DNA of 64,000 nucleotides from a virus (taxonomy: Duplodnaviria > Caudoviricetes). Both the position numbers and the translations under genes were made by a program. A model generated the notes under the pieces. That model did not search any database. It was not told where the DNA came from and worked only from the letters and a program-made list of their open reading frames with translations. Below are positions 63,219 through 64,000 of this stretch, piece after piece; the stretch's first letter is position 1, and the number at the start of each line of letters is the position of its first letter. The stretch is from IMG/VR virus record IMGVR_UViG_2708742532_000007, positions 1-64,000 of that record; one strand, 5' to 3'.

Positions 63219-63294
63219 AAATAGTGTAATGATATGTGAGCGGGGAGTGTTAGAGATAGCGCTCTCTATTGTCGCTTGTAAAGGGTGGTAAGTT

Positions 63295-64000
63295 GTGGCA
63301 AGAGCATTACCAAAGTGCAAAATTTGTAAAGAAGAAATCAACAAGAATGATGTATCTAGTTTTATTAAAAAGAGTAGTGGTTATTTCCATGTTGACTGTG
63401 AATCAGAAAAGGGAGATAAGGAAAAGAAGACATGTAGTTTCTGTAATGGAGAGTTCGAAAGCGAAAAGGATATTGTGAAGCGTGGTAGCTTAACAGTCCA
63501 TCAAAGTTGCTTAGAGCAATATCATCAATCTAGTGAGAAGGTTGAAGTGAAGGTTAGGGTGAGAACCTGTCCTAAGTGTAAAGAGAAGGTCAATCCCCTT
63601 GACGTAGACGCTCTTGATACTGACACAGCAACTTATCACAAAGCTTGCTATGAGAGCATACAAAGACAAAAGAAAAACCGAGAGGAACTACTTGATTACA
63701 TTGCATTGAAATACAATGTTGAGTTTCCAACCGGCTTTATGTTAAAGCAAATAACTGATTATCACAATAAACGAGGTTACTCATACAAAGCAATGCTAGT
63801 GACCTTAAAGTATATGTTTGATGTTGAAAAAGTTCCTACTAAGGAGGGTGTAGGATTAGGTCTTATACCTTTCTATTTCGAGAAAGCCAAAAGCTATCAC
63901 CAAAAACTAAGAAAAGCAGGAAACTCAGCTAACAACGTTACTATAAACAACAAGACAGTGAAAATCAAAGCTGTTGCCCCTGTTAAGGCAAATAGAGTAA
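63295..64000 (+). CDS. YorH-like replication protein with three zinc-finger repeats (3' end outside window)
   Basis: GTG start; CKIC..FHVDC, CSFC..VHQSC, CPKC..YHKAC; then ELLDYI..GYSYKAMLVTLKYMF..GLGLIPFYFEKA. Absent from the ORF track because it has no stop in the window. Confidence 0.78.
   Translation, partial: MARALPKCKICKEEINKNDVSSFIKKSSGYFHVDCESEKGDKEKKTCSFCNGEFESEKDIVKRGSLTVHQSCLEQYHQSSEKVEVKVRVRTCPKCKEKVNPLDVDALDTDTATYHKACYESIQRQKKNREELLDYIALKYNVEFPTGFMLKQITDYHNKRGYSYKAMLVTLKYMFDVEKVPTKEGVGLGLIPFYFEKAKSYHQKLRKAGNSANNVTINNKTVKIKAVAPVKANRV

Larger units (their letters stand above)
1..64000. mobile_element. Defective SPbeta-like prophage or phage-derived element; both ends lie outside the window
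   Basis: Gene order resembles SPbeta (tape measure-recombinase-tail genes; metallophosphoesterase, YonK-like, HU; YopQ/YopR-like; YorF/G/H-like). No host housekeeping genes, many pseudogenes. Confidence 0.88.

Noticed and set aside
425-63478. Many 60-110 aa ORFs antisense or out of frame to long genes (for example 425-703, 9769-9987, 25696-26001, 37990-38289, 49684-49944, 52739-53074, 63269-63478)
   Set aside because: Shadow ORFs fully overlapping well-supported genes, with no recognisable motifs.
1-64000. CRISPR array, rRNA or attachment site
   Set aside because: No regularly spaced repeat-spacer pattern and no rRNA-like sequence; the element boundaries are not in the window, and the tRNA-Arg is internal with no duplicated 3' end seen.

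Overview
AT-rich DNA from a Bacillales-type host, occupied entirely by a large, partly decayed SPbeta-like (pro)phage element. The minus strand (48.6 kb down to 1) is the late region: sigma-like HTH regulator, HU-like protein, a decayed tRNA array with one intact tRNA-Arg(UCU), YonK/YonJ-like genes, then an intact non-contractile tail module. That module has a major tail protein, tyrosine recombinase, a ~2345-aa tape measure with M23 and lysozyme domains, a split Dit, a Tal/spike, a PAAR-like tip protein and about nine LamG/discoidin/DNRLRE receptor-binding genes, followed by a decayed holin and an amidase endolysin. No terminase, portal, protease or capsid gene lies where SPbeta synteny places them; only a ~260-bp scar remains. 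Downstream of the endolysin is a second, same-orientation set of the receptor-binding genes with near-identical scaffold blocks and swapped binding domains. The plus strand (48.8-64 kb) carries RecD2, a YopQ/YopR(MrpR)-like repressor pair, decayed accessory DNA, an HTH protein, RuvC-like resolvase, and YorF/YorG/YorH-like replication-recombination genes. Best hypothesis: a head-less, PAAR-tipped flexible-tail particle (tailocin-like) with a cassette reservoir for receptor switching. All homology calls are from motif recognition and remembered synteny, not database searches.
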